A stretch of 64,000 bases of DNA from contig MU058065.1 in assembly GCA_013265495.1 (NCBI GenBank), positions 10,333,720 through 10,397,719 of the forward strand, written 5' to 3'. Shown here one piece after another: positions 38,291-51,292 of this stretch (position 1 is the first letter of the stretch; every line of letters begins with the position of its first letter). The notes under the pieces are model-generated. The model was not told the origin of the DNA. It saw only the letters and a program-made list of their open reading frames with translations, and did not search any database. Both the position numbers and the translations under genes were made by a program. This stretch comes from Vicugna vicugna (taxonomy: Eukaryota).

Positions 38291-39229
38291 ATAAAGCTGA
38301 CACATGAAATTACATACATTAAATCAGCTATTGAAGATTCAAGCCTGACAAACTGAAGAAAGAGAAATTTTAAAAATCCAGAACTAAACACATTTAGTAA
38401 AATTGTCAAAAGTCAAAGACAAATAGAACATCTTAAAAGCAACCACATGAATAAAACAGATTACATTCAAATAAACAACAAATTTGATAGCGGTCTTGTA
38501 AACAGAAACAGTACAAATTGGAAGACAATTGAATCATGTTTTCAAATGACAAAGAAAATAATTGCCAACTTAGAATTTTAATATTTGAAAAGTAATTGTT
38601 CAAGAATAACAGTGGGGAACTCTGGCAAGATGGTGGTAGTGATGCATAGTTTACCTGAATTTCATCATGAACCAGAATAAATATTTTAAAAATCTCATTT
38701 TGTTTTAAATTATAACAAAATAAAATTTACAAAGATAGCAGTTTTAAGCTATTTTTTAAGGATTTTATTCTGAAAGAGGGGGACTGAGACTTTACCATTG
38801 AATTTAGAACCCTGTAGGTCACTAAAACATTAGACATGTTTCAGCACAGTGGTGGTAGGGGTGGAGTCTACTTGTATGGGAGAGAGGAAAGTAGACATGC
38901 TGCAAAAACCTGATTGGAGATTCAAAAAGGAATGAAGACAGTGAGTATTAATGACTTTAAGGATTTTTCATAGAAGTAGATAAATAGGGTTCTGGTTTAA
39001 GTGGTGGTAAAAAGGATTTTTTTTTTTTGAGGGGTGAAGCAACAGGCCAATCAGCATGGTTTTTGTTGGCTCTGTCCACATTCAGCTACCAGGGTAAATA
39101 GCTGGGAAAATAAAGTTAGAATTAATAACGATGTTCATTTAGTCAGTTACTTAAAATGAACTGAGAAACATGCAAGATATTTTAGAATATATGTAAAAGA
39201 AGTTAACATAAGCCTTTGAGACATTGAAA

Positions 39230-39565
39230 AAAAGTAGTCAATGAATTATATGAGTCCCAGTGAGGTTAAAATATTGTTAATATGGAAGTACTGGATAGTA
39301 TCAGCTGAAAAGAAAAGTAGTGATTTGAGATGCTTGAAATTGAGATTTTGGTGGTATCACAGTTATTAGTAATGACAAAATATTTTGTATAACAGTAGGG
39401 AATGGACCTATGAGGTATATGAAAAGAGGATTATTGCATGAGAGGAATAATTATGCCTTATCATTTCATGTTAGGGTTATTTATGAGTATACTGAAATGA
39501 CTAAAACAATTATAGGAACAGCATTGAGTTAGTAACAATGAATCAGTAACTAAAATCTTCAAATA
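39230..39565 (-). mobile_element. L2 ORF2 (endonuclease region) relic
   Basis: tgaaattgagatt, cagttattagtaatgacaa, ctaaaatcttcaa resemble antisense L2. Confidence 0.55.
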
Positions 39566-39890
39566 ACTCCAAATGCATCGCAGACTTAGAGTAAAACACA
39601 AAACTATAAAATTCCTAGGAAATAACATAATAAAAAAACTGGATGACATTGGGTGTGGCAGTGACTTTAGGTACAACACCAAAGGCACAATCCCTGAAAG
39701 AAATTATTGATGAACTGGACTTTGAAAAATTAAAAATTCTCTGCAAAAGACAATGTAAGGAAAATGAGACATAGATTGGGAGAAAATATTTACAAAAAAC
39801 ACATTTGATAAAGGACTGTATTCCAAAACATACAAAGAATATTTAAATTCAGTAAACTAGGAATAGAGGAAAATCTTTCAACTTGATAGA
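39566..39890 (+). mobile_element. L1MC-like ORF2 fragment with an out-of-order terminal piece
   Basis: aaaactataaaattcctagga, ggtacaacaccaaaggcacaatcc, tgataaaggactg; then agtaaactaggaatagagg (SKLGIE). Confidence 0.85.
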
Positions 39891-42280
39891 CTCATATACA
39901 TTCTTGCTTTCACAATATTCAACACTGTACAGTTCTTTTTCAGAAGTATGATTTCACTGGTAAAATTTAAAAAGCTGAGTGTAGCTACTATTAACTATCT
40001 CTGTCTTATGTGAATTATACCATAAAGGAGTCCTAACACAAATGACAGTTTTACATAGAATAAACCTTAAAGTTAATTAAAGTATTAATAAAATGTATAG
40101 AATTTACTTAGGTGGTTGTGTTGATTAAGGTTAATGCCTTCTGTATGCTTTACACACTGTTTAGTGACCTATGTTTGAGGACACAGTAATAAAATGAATC
40201 AATCGGATTCTATATTTCAGCTAAGCTAGTGGAAAGATAATAATAAAATTTGTGGAACAGAATTGTTCTATTGATCTCTCCTAAATCTAATCTCTCTTGT
40301 CGTATCAACTGATCACTAGGTTTCTACCCCTGCAGGACTCTTGCCCTAAAGCAATGACAGCTCGGGTTACTATTATATGGAGAATGTTTTCATTAAGCCC
40401 TGTCATCCATTATCTGAATACAGTCATCAAAAACATGACAGCAAGCACTTCTCATGAGTTTGAACCATTCTGTGAGAATAACATACATGAATACACACAC
40501 AAACACACTCACATGTAAGCATACACATATTTCCTAGTCTAGGCTTATTAACAGGGAAAGTGACAGGGGACTGAATCATGTAAATAAATCTTAATTCCCA
40601 TCTTTCAATCAAATTAGAATAGCAGGAGTGAGAACTTGGAAATGCAAATGTTTTCTTACTTTCTAGTCAAAAAATAGCTGTACTCAAGACACTGATTATC
40701 ATTTTTGAAACGAAAGAGAGGCTCATTTCAGTGACAAAATAACCTTCAGTAATGTCCAAACACCTGCTCCCTCTAAAATGGCTTTTATATTTCAGGGGTA
40801 TTTTCATTCTTCAGCCAAAACTTAAAAATACAGAAGAGAGGTCAGGAGTCTCATAGAAAGATAAATTCAGGGAAGACAGATCCAAAGAGAAATAATAATT
40901 CCAGTTAGTAATTTTGATGAATAAAGTCTAAGCAAATTACTTACATGTTAAGTCAGTGTGGAAATATAATTTCTACATACTTTTTAATAAAAGGAACTAG
41001 TAAGCTGGGTTAGTGGAAGGTAAAGTGTTATTTAATTACGTATGTATGTATCATTTATAATAAATATAGATAAAATTGCTGATGTGGTGTATTCCCTATT
41101 GAAAACCACTTATTTTAATGAGGCTTGGGGAAAATTCAGTACTTTGATGAATTGTAATGTGAATTATCTCAGTTAAAGTTTTAGTATACCTGAAATACTT
41201 GAAAATTTAAATACATTTTCTTACCTCTTTTGTGTCTAGCTATAAAAGTTACAATAAATATGTTGAAAATGAGACTAATGACATTCTGGCATTTAGCATT
41301 ATAATATTTAAGACTTTTATGAACTACAATTAGATAATTACTGCTAATTAGTATGTTAGGATTGTCAGATTATTAGCGTATATAAAAGAGTCAGCAATAT
41401 GTTGAATGTATGGGATTCACCCAGTGGATCAATGGGGCTGACATTTTCTTTTTTCTTTCTTTTTTTTTTCTTTTTTTTGGTAACATTGAATAAAGAACTA
41501 CTCTTGTTCTTTATTAACTCCAAATGTGATTTTGCTTATAATTTTCACTAGTTTATATTTTACACTATTCATATTTGTATCTTTGATATATTACTCTTTC
41601 CTGTAGCTCAAGGGAGTTTAACATATTATTCACGGAGAACTGAAATCTAAAAGCAAAATTGCAAACCAAACTGTGAGGAATTTTTACATTTTGAAAGTTC
41701 TTTTTTACTTTTAAATATTGAATCTAATTTTTAATAACATCTCATGAGAAAATAATGCTTAAAATCACAGATCCTTTCTAAGGATATGACCATAACATTG
41801 ATTCTGTCATTATCTCAAATGTAAAGGTAGCCTAGTTTATGTGTAAAAAGTAGAATGAAGATAAAATAGACCTATCTGCCTATAGCAATGGACAGAAGTT
41901 CAAAGGCGATGAAAGATCTATACTAGTAACACTAAACTGTAAAAAAGAAAATTAAAATCTCAAGCAGTCTGACTGTTATATTCTTTTAAACATAGAATGC
42001 TAGTTAGATCATTTAAAAGAAGGAGCTACATATTACAAATGAATAAATTCTCATGAGCCGTGAATTGCAGTTACACCACTAGAATGTTGCTTTACTAAAT
42101 AGGAACATGTATATTATGTGATATTCAAAACATTCACTTTCTCACAATTGAATCATATGAAGCAAGGTTGTCCTTAAAGGCGGTATTGAGAATTGTTAGG
42201 TATTATCTGCCATCTGAGTTACAATGTTAAACACTGAAATTTTTCTGGAAAACTTCTCTTCATTTAATCCTAGTTTCCCC

Positions 42281-42312
42281 TACACACCACACACACACAC
42301 ACACACACACAC
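42281..42312. repeat. (CA)n microsatellite
   Basis: tacacaccacacacacacacacacacacacac. Confidence 0.9.
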
Positions 42313-43419
42313 TTCATAATTAATAGACTAGGATTCTGAGGTATAATTTTTGCATGTCACTCAATACCCAAGAGCAATTCTTTATTTCAATGTTGAAAGA
42401 CTCATTTTAGGTCAACATTATCATTACTACCTTATACTCTAAAATGTCAAGCGTGTTCTGCTTTAGCGTTATTCTAATAGGTCTTTCTTCCTTGCTGTTT
42501 GTTCATAGCTGCTAATACCATGCCTAAAAGCATGGTGGTAATGTGTATTAAGAAATTATTACTTGTACCATCTTCCTTTCATTCATTCATTCAATGAGTG
42601 AGGAACATCATTGTGATTCATTTTACCATAGGTCATTAAGACAATTATAGTTGAAAAAAAAGTGATTTTATTCCACAAATCTAAATCAGCTACATAGCTA
42701 TTACATTCAAATGATTTGTTCTTTCTGGATTTATGTTCATTTGTCTAGATGAGCAGTAGTTCTCTCTCTTTCCCTGGCCGTGCAGTGCACCTGTGGAGCA
42801 TTATATTTTTAAAACAGGTGTTAGTAACCCACTTTACTAAATGAAGAGCTCCCTGGACTAAAGGCCTAGATTTATATTTTAAAAATTCCAAAAGTGTTTC
42901 TCCTATTTCTTAATCCTAAAAGACTCATTTTATTCTTGCTAAACTCTTAGTTTATTGTTACTACAATAATAGAGAACAAGAAAAAAGGGAGAATTTATAA
43001 GGTAAATATCCCACAAGAATTTCGCCAATCTCTAGCTTCATAGATTACAAATCTTAGCAATTTGTTATACATCTTTCTGGACTGTTTCTATACAATGACA
43101 AAATAAAAGATGGACCTATGTATCTGAACATACACATGTATAAATGTGTGCCCATAAAAATATACACATACAATTATATATGTATATGTGCATACACACA
43201 CACACATATACACATACATTTTTAAAACAAATTTTAAAAACAAATACAGGTTTTCATTAGTCATATATATTTTTCTCTTTTTCTCCAATATCTTCATATC
43301 TTTATCTCTTCATTATTTTTTCTCCGTGAGTATAAATACATTTATGTAAACTGTACCACAATGGGTAAATTAATAAATAACAATATCCTCATCTCTTTTA
43401 GTTACATTCTGTATCATTC

Positions 43420-44195
43420 CCTTCTAAATTGAGCTCCTTGAAAGAGTAGTGCAAACTCCTGGTCTTTACTCCCCAGTGCCAATCACGTCTCTTCTAATTG
43501 CAATATGCCTTGCTGACGTCACTCCACAGAAACTTCTCTTGAAAAAGACACTGATGGTCTCTTTATGGACAAATTTAATAAACACCTCTTGGTTTTTTAT
43601 TTCTTGGCATAAATCAAAGCTATATTGACTAATGAATGACTTATTGTTTCTTAGGGTTTTTTGTTTTGTTTTTGCTTCTATATCTTCCTTGACATTGACA
43701 TTCCTTACTAGTATTTATTCTTAGTCTCTTTCTTCAGTTTCTCCTTTTGCTCTAATAAACCTTAGGGTCTTCTATGAGTCTTTTCATTCTTTCCTCTCTA
43801 TTATACTTGCTTTGAGTGATCTCATTCCCTCTCAGTGTTTGACCTATAGTTATTGTAAATGATCCAACCCTGACTTTCTATGCCTGGTCTATTTGGAGCT
43901 AAGGCTGATGCATCCAGCTGCCCACTCCTCCCATGTCCTGTAGATTGTTCAAACCTGCCTACCTCATACTGAGCTCATCGCATCTGTCTGTGACTCAGCC
44001 CCACCCTCCTCCACCCGGTGGTTTTCTTTATATTCTATATAGTTACCAGCAATAGTATTATCAGAGTAAATGAATTAGAAATCTGGAAGTTATCACATAC
44101 TTTTACCTTTTCTAATCAATTGCTAGTTCCTGACAATTTTACTTCCAAAATATATATTTTTTCACGTTTTTCACTCTTTTTTATTACCATCAAAA
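43420..44195 (+). mobile_element. L2 ORF2/3' relic
   Basis: ctccttgaaagagtag, cactccacagaaact, gtgatctcatt, atccagctgccc, actgagctcatc, tagaaatctggaagttatc. Confidence 0.7.
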
Positions 44196-44329
44196 CAAAC
44201 TTTGAGCTTTTAAGAAAAAATAAGAGGCCACTTCTAATTATGTACAAGGTGTCCTTAATATTTGAACCTGATTGTGAAATAAGACATTGTGGGAGAAATA
44301 AATATGAAGACAGTCTTGGAAGGTTGAGG

Positions 44330-44620
44330 GTTCAGTCAGACTGGGGAGTAAGTAAAGAGAGGGGAGGAAGTAGAAGTTGTTACTGATAGGGCAGTTTGAG
44401 GCCAAACAGAGGCCTGTGGATGTCAAACTGGGGAATTTGAATTTTATTTTAGGATATGGCAGTCATCAAAGAAATATCAATAGAAGAGTGACAGGTTTAG
44501 AGCTATGTTTTAGGGTTATTAATCTGTCCACATGCACTATTTGAGTTGGAAGTAAAAAAAATCCAGAAGTAGGAAAACCAGGTAGGAGACTTTAGAATAA
44601 AAATATAAGAAGTAAAAATG
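44330..44620 (-). mobile_element. L2 relic
   Basis: ggaatttgaattttatttt, gagtgacaggtttaga, gtaggaaaaccaggtaggagact. Confidence 0.6.
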
Positions 44621-45737
44621 TTGTGAATTTGATTCCAAAGAGAATCAAAATAAAGGTAATATATTGAAGGACTTTGTTATACTCCAAATTTAAGCTGAAG
44701 GAGATTTTATCAAGAATAAAATGAAAATTCCTTTGGTTAAATACTTACACATTTTGCTCATTATGTAGGATTGTTTTAAAATAAGGAGAGAATAAACAGT
44801 AAAATTTACATCTTCTAAAATAATCAGTTCAGTCATTCTGTCCAATTCTTTATTTACTCAACAAAGGTATGTGAAAGAAAATCCAGAAATTTCAGATGAC
44901 TTAGGAAAATAAATGGAAGTGTCAGCTCTCTGCACGCACCATTACATGCTCACCTAGAGTAGACAATGAACAAACTGACATCAGTCACCTTAGTTTGCCT
45001 TGTAAGGTACACTCAAAGTGTCCAAACAGATTGGTTTCATTGCTGTAAATCCTGCTTAATAAAGTGTTCTACTCTTATCACACTTGCTATGTCCTAACAG
45101 TAAGTAGTGCTATCTACTTCGTAAGATCAGTGATGTTAAAAGACTTAGCAGATGTTTTAAGGCATGGACACGAACCTCATCATGAGTGAATTCAGGAATG
45201 AATTTTAACATCAATTTGTCATTTTTCTCAATTTTTTCTTCCTGATATGCCTTTTAATTAAAGGGCCAGAGTGCAATGGTTTGAGTATGGAGAGGCTTCT
45301 AAAATATGACACTTGGAAAAGGGCATTGTGTAGACTGTCTGATTCACAATCACCCTTTCTTGTACTTCAGCTTCAGGAAATTTGTCATTCAAAAAGCCTC
45401 AGGAAAGAGTTTTTGGTCTAATATATTGTGAAACGTATTATCTCCATAAAAATGTCTCCACATTAGATTTTGGACTGTCCAAAGCAATAATTAAGCTTTG
45501 CACTTTGCATTTCTGTGACTGTTGATAGATCCTTTCATCTCTCTTAGAGGGAAAAGGCTAGAATTTGTTTTTCCAAGACAGAAGAAAAATCTTTAAAGTG
45601 TGATAGAGCTCCCTATTATATCCTTAATCATAATTCTTTGACCACTATGAATACCCAGAATGAAATATTTCATTTATTTCAGAAATGGAAACATAAAAGC
45701 AAGCTGATAACTTTAAATACATGAATTATCTAGCAAG

Positions 45738-46060
45738 CAGAGCTTAGGATTCCAAACTAGATAACCATAATTCAGTCTAGGTTCTGCCATTCACTGGTTA
45801 TGTTATCTCAGCTGGTGGCCTAAATCTCTGAATCTTATTTTCCTCATGTATGAAAAATTCACAGAATATTGTGGGAATTAAATACATAGCCCATAGACCC
45901 ATAGCCTGGTCTATTTCTAAATCATGTGATTTGTATTCTTATATTTGTTGCTAAGTAACTTGATCATCTTGGACAAGTAGTAGCTTTTTGGGCTTCAAGT
46001 TTTCTTGGAATATGAAGTGATTGAATTGATTTCTAAAGTGTTTCTATATTCTAACCATCT
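45738..46060 (+). mobile_element. MIR relics
   Basis: gttctgccattcactgg, tctctgaatcttattttcctcatgtatgaaa; atcttggacaagt, atttctaaag. Confidence 0.55.
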
Positions 46061-48869
46061 TGATTGTATAATATTTTAAAACATTCATAGTTATTAAATG
46101 CTATATGAAATTCCATTGTTGTAACCATTACTTGTTTTAAATACTTTAAGGAACCCAAACACAATCTTGAATGTTGTTTAGACATTCTCAGCATATCCAG
46201 GGTGGACTATTGGAAGCATGAATATTTTAAACTTCTCTAAACTCAACTACTAACAAGCTGGTAGATTTCCTGCCCCATATTTTGTGATCCATTTTAATAG
46301 TTTGAACTTTTAAAATCTCTAGTTGCTGTATCTTTTCTATACATTTATTTTGTCTACTAATTGTAAACTTTACAAAGATAGAAATACATCTTTTTGTTAC
46401 ATCTTTTGATTATAGCAAAATGTACAAAGCAATCATGTGTAGATAAATACATTGACAAATACTTTCTTAATCAAGGACAATAGATTACAGGAATGATTAT
46501 CAAACTGGTCTTACTATGACACTAATTTATTATTATTGTTAAGTAAAAGGGTCCTATACAGAAATTCAACCACAAAAACTAGTGATAGATTTTCTTAGCC
46601 ATCTTACATTCAAATTCAATTTATGTCCTATTAAGTTAAGGGGAAATAAGTCAGGTAATGTCATGCCATGTAAATGCCTGATCTCACTGTTATTTCCATA
46701 GCAACCTGATTTAATGTAAATATCATCATGCAATAAAATAGATTAAATCAAATAAAAATTGGATTGGAGAGAAAAGAGGACTTTATCTAAAACAGCTATT
46801 CTGTCAGTCTGTTCTTTTCATCTTTTCTCCAAAGTAAAAGTACCATTAGAAAGGAGACATGGCATAAGAATACTTTTTCTTTGTTAGAGTAAGATTAATT
46901 TACTCACTTAATTGTTTATTTTTCTGCCACATTTTATTTTGACTCTAGCGTAAGAGTAACAAAGTTCTTTGTTTTTTAACATACATTTTTGTTTTAGAAA
47001 TTCTGTACTAGAAGCAGAAGTTGAATTCATATTAATCTTGACATGGGTACATTTTTAAATCTCTAATGTACAAATTTATAAGAGTTATTAAAACTAAGAA
47101 AGAAGTAATTCTAAGTATAGATATAATTCTAGATATACATATATATCTCCATAACAGTTCGGCAGTTGAAAATGATTGTAAATATAATTGTGTTCTGCAT
47201 TGCCATTGTTTAGGAGACTTGAAGATAAACCTTTGACCACTTTCTCTTTATGAAAATTAGAAACATCTACTAGTATACATCCAAACTACCAGAGATAACT
47301 CAGCCTTAGCAATAATAGGAAAATGGTTTCAATTTAATCATTCCTTTTCTGCAAATGTGATGGAAAATTTCTTGTGGATTATTGTTAGTGGACTATTAAC
47401 CAGATACAATCACATAGGTTAAATAGGTGCCAGAAGTTAGAATTAAGATTATTTTCCTGGTACAACTGATTCATTCTGTGGCCTGAGATTTAAGCATACG
47501 TGAGTTACTCACCTTTTAAACTGGCTGGGTGCCTGTTATAATATTTGTTGATCTTTTTAGTAAATGATCTTTATTTTTATTCATAGATAGTAATTATTAG
47601 TAAATACTAACATATTGCCTTAGAAGAATGGATAACCAAAAAATATTTTAGCACATACTACTTACATTTTTATATTTGGTATATTATGCTGTTTAATTAC
47701 TAATTTAGTTGATCAACTTAGAAACTGCAAATACCATGATGAAGAAAAACACTTCAAAAAAGTAGTAATTAAAATTAAGCCTAGAGTAAAATATGATGTT
47801 AGAAATTGTAATGTTAGCCAGTTTATTTGTTTAAAGACATTTTGCAAATCTTATTGTATTTTAGAAAACAGGGTGGTTTGAAAATTAATCTACCTAGTGA
47901 ACCTTTCTAACTCCAGAGATCATGCTTTCATGCATATTTATCTCCTATTCTTTCCAAGCTACTTCAACCTTCCACTTTTCTCTACCATAGTTTATTAATG
48001 GCAAAGTGTGTGAGGCAATGAGCTAAGAATAGAATGAAAAAATTGAAAGATATAGAATATGTTATTCCATGAAGCATATTTGGGTTCTTTTGGGATACAT
48101 CAACTCATTCAATTAAGATTGTATCCTCAGAGTCATCCTCAAAATATGGATTCTCTGCATCTTATATTCTTCATCAAAATCATGATATAAATATTTTCAC
48201 ACAGAGTAATTTTAAAGATTAGATAATTCAGGAGAAGTTCTAAAATATTCTTCTTTATTCATTTTTCTTTATTACTTAAACTTCTATTAATTTTTCTAAT
48301 TAAGCCTTTCTTAGTCTTCCTGTTCTCAAACCCCACATTTTGCACATTAGTGTTTTGCTTTTCAATACATGCGTCTTAGTATAGATAACCCCAAATGACA
48401 AGTATTTCTAAAGAAGCAACCATACTCAATTCATGTGATTTAGATAAGCTTCCCATAATTACTGACATTACTTAAAAAAAAATACTATGTACTACTTTGA
48501 GAAGTAAACATTTCAAAAAACAAAGTTCTGATATGGGACTGAAAAATCTATTTTGTTTACACTTGTAAACAAAACTGAGTGAAAAGACTTATAAACCAAC
48601 TTAAAAATTAATTTGTTTCAATAAACTGACTTTTGGAGATAGTGAAAGTTGTTTTGTATTTCAAAAGCTTTGAGTTTAGAAAACAATTGTATATGAATGG
48701 CTTTGTATGTTTGTCTTTTCTCATATATATTTTAAATAACCATTAATTGATACTTTAACTTTTCTTTGGTGTAAAAAACTTAATAAAGAATAAGTACTAT
48801 TGAATTTTAGGTATATTATTATTATTAACTATTATTATCGCTGTTAATATTATTACTGTGATTGTTATT

Positions 48870-50790
48870 AAATGGTGAATTAAGGTATTTACATGAGAAT
48901 ATTAATTTCAAGGATTTTAGAATAATGATTCAGGAAACTGGTTGGAAAGAAAAGAGTTGACTATCAAGTGGTGTGATTTTCTGTGGTTAATAGCACATAG
49001 TGATATTAGGGGCTTTCCTCTTACATTTTAAAATTTGCTCTTTAGCTTTTTAAGTTTTCTTTGCCTGCCGTTCAATGGAAATCTCATTCTTGCCAAGGCC
49101 AATGAGGGAGTTTGTGCTCATCCACTCTGGACTTGTCAGAGGACCAGTGCTCCTAGAACTTAAGCATGTTCAGGATGAGTAATTCTACCAAGGATCCGGA
49201 AGGTCTGAATAGCCTGGTCTGGCTTCACTCTGTGGGATCACTGCTCTGGGGACAATTTCTTAGCCATTTGCTCCAGGGGTGGATCAAAAAGTGTCAGTAA
49301 CCGTTGAAATCTAATTCAAAAAAATCAGAGCCATTAGCCATGTTATCATTCCCCATCAGCTTACAGTTGGTCCCCTCACACTGTCACCCCTTTTCCAGAG
49401 ACAACCTGATATCCGTCTTGCCAATAGAAGTGTTGACAGTTAAGGCTTACTTTTCAGGAGAATCTTAAAATTCAGGCACTGTTTTGTCTCAAAGGGTCGT
49501 TCCGCACCATCTTTATGCTCTACAATAGAGACTCATAACTTCTTGTTTTGAATATTTTTGTCTACAGAATACTTCTGAACTCTTTTGTCTTTATCAGCTA
49601 AGTCCCTCACCATGTTTCACTGGTCTGCTTGAGCTGTCTATTCTTAGTCTTACAAGTTTTCAAAACCAATTAAATCTCTTAAGTTTAATCTTCACAATAA
49701 TAGCTGGCCAATATTTGAGCTACAGGATTTGTTTCCCTCTCTTAAATTACATTTCAATTTCTTCTTTAAGTCAGTTTTTCCATTTCTTCAAGTTGCTTTT
49801 TTGGTTCTCCTACCATGATCTCTTCCTACTACCAAAGAGTATGTTCAGGGAATTTATCATACTATTTTCACCACAACACTTAAAACTTCTAGACCATCTT
49901 GTGATTGGCTGCAGTCACATTGTAGGAGCCAGTTTGTAAGCTCTTGAAAAAGAAGGGCGTAACTGAGATGATAATGGGAGATAGCTGATTCTTTGACACC
50001 GTAGACAGAGGTCCTTTTCTTGTGAGGACAGTCAAATTTGCATTCTTTAGTTCCATTAATCCCCCATAGGACTCTTAATGGATTCCCTGAAGGAAAAAAA
50101 AAAAAGAGTATTCCTTGCTTCTCTTATAATACACATAAATTCAGAAGCTGCCTTTCCTCCTGAAGGAGTTAAAGTCACATAGCCATTTTTTGTAGTTACA
50201 TACCCCTTGTAGGTAAATCTCTTCTTTTCTAACCTTTTGAGTCTGTCTTATATTCCATTTAGTGGACACTTTATTTACTAGGCATTCTAAATGTTGGTTT
50301 CTTTCTGGCAAAATAGTTACAACTTTCAGGGCAAAACTCACATGGGTAGTTTGCAGCATCTGAGTGCCTCTTCATGGGAGTTACTGACCAATCACTAGGG
50401 CAGGTCTTGTAATGGAGCACAAGTTGTTAGTGCTAAGTGACCCTTGCTGATTGCCCGCAGCTACTGAGCTTCTGTTCTCATTTTTGGAAAAGAAGATTCA
50501 TGCGCTGGAGTGGCTGGGGTTACAAGAACAGAGGGAAATCTACCTGGGGAAATCTGATGCTGCATTCTTTGCTCTGGTCTCCTTTAGGGGCCTCATTTCT
50601 TTTTGCCACAGCTGCTCCCATTGTCTAAGAGGAAGGGACATGTTTTTGTAGAGAATAAGATATAACACTTGGCCCAGGAGTGGGCTTAGAGTAGGGACGA
50701 GGATGCTGCTACTGCTGTTAGACCCAGAGCGACCACTGCTGCTTGGTGGGTCTCTGCTTCACACTGGGACTGCCCAGGTCTCTCAAGGCA
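48870..50790 (-). pseudogene. Unidentified retrocopy-like block (processed pseudogene candidate, parent not recognised)
   Basis: About 1.9 kb of complex sequence richer in GC than its flanks and matching no repeat I recognise. GC-rich, CpG-decayed leader at 50670-50790, (TAA)n-like tract at 48810-48870 at the opposite end, all frames interrupted. Confidence 0.5.
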
Positions 50791-50807
50791 GGTATGTAAT
50801 GGCTACA

Positions 50808-51292
50808 CCTAGTGGTTTTAGCATCTATTGAAGACTTCTTACTGAATCAGTTATTAAGTTTGGGATTGCTAAATCATAGTTTTCTATTAATAGATGGCTT
50901 TTTTTTTTAGAAAGAAAGGATTTCCTACCTATTTTGTATTTCTCCCTTTTGTTTGACAGGTATTTCTATGAGGTTTTTATTTTTTTGTTCGTTTTCGGCT
51001 ATGCTCATTGTCACATATTTGGCCAGTGGAGTGGGAGCTGCTTCAAGCTGGCATCTGTGTTCCTTTCACATAAATCCACTGGGCGGCGTCGGGTGAGTGG
51101 TACTTCCTTGTTTTCTGGAACTACTACACTTAATATGATTGTATTTTCCCTGCCCAGGTTTCTTATCAGTCTATTCTCAATAATCTCTGATTCTTTTTAG
51201 TAGGAAATGGTGTCTAGAAAGCAAGACATAGTTGCTAGACGAGCTTGTTTCTAGTGGGTTGTCATTACTTCTAGGTTGTTTTAGTGGATATG
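50808..51292 (-). mobile_element. L1MC4/5-like 3'UTR fragment
   Basis: ggttttagcatctattga, tttggccagtgg, cttcaagctggc, tattttccctgccc, gaaatggtgtctagaaagcaaga. Confidence 0.8.

Larger units (their letters stand above)
37115..38612 (+). mobile_element. Old L1/HAL1 ORF1 relic split by an MLT2 LTR
   Basis: acaatgtctggcac, ttaaaataactatgctta, ggagtcccagaa on the left; aaagacaaatagaacatcttaaaagcaacc and tgccaacttagaatt on the right. Confidence 0.7.

Noticed and set aside
44018..44386. Longest ORF in the track (122 aa) as a gene
   Set aside because: It spans two L2 relics, starts at GTG and has no recognisable domain.
48950..50560. Naming the retrocopy parent (SENP1-like, FBXO5/FBXO43-like, NDC80-like or a zinc-finger gene)
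   Set aside because: Short motifs could be matched by eye to each of these unrelated proteins, but only with many indels and inconsistent spacing. Equally good incompatible matches point to over-fitting.
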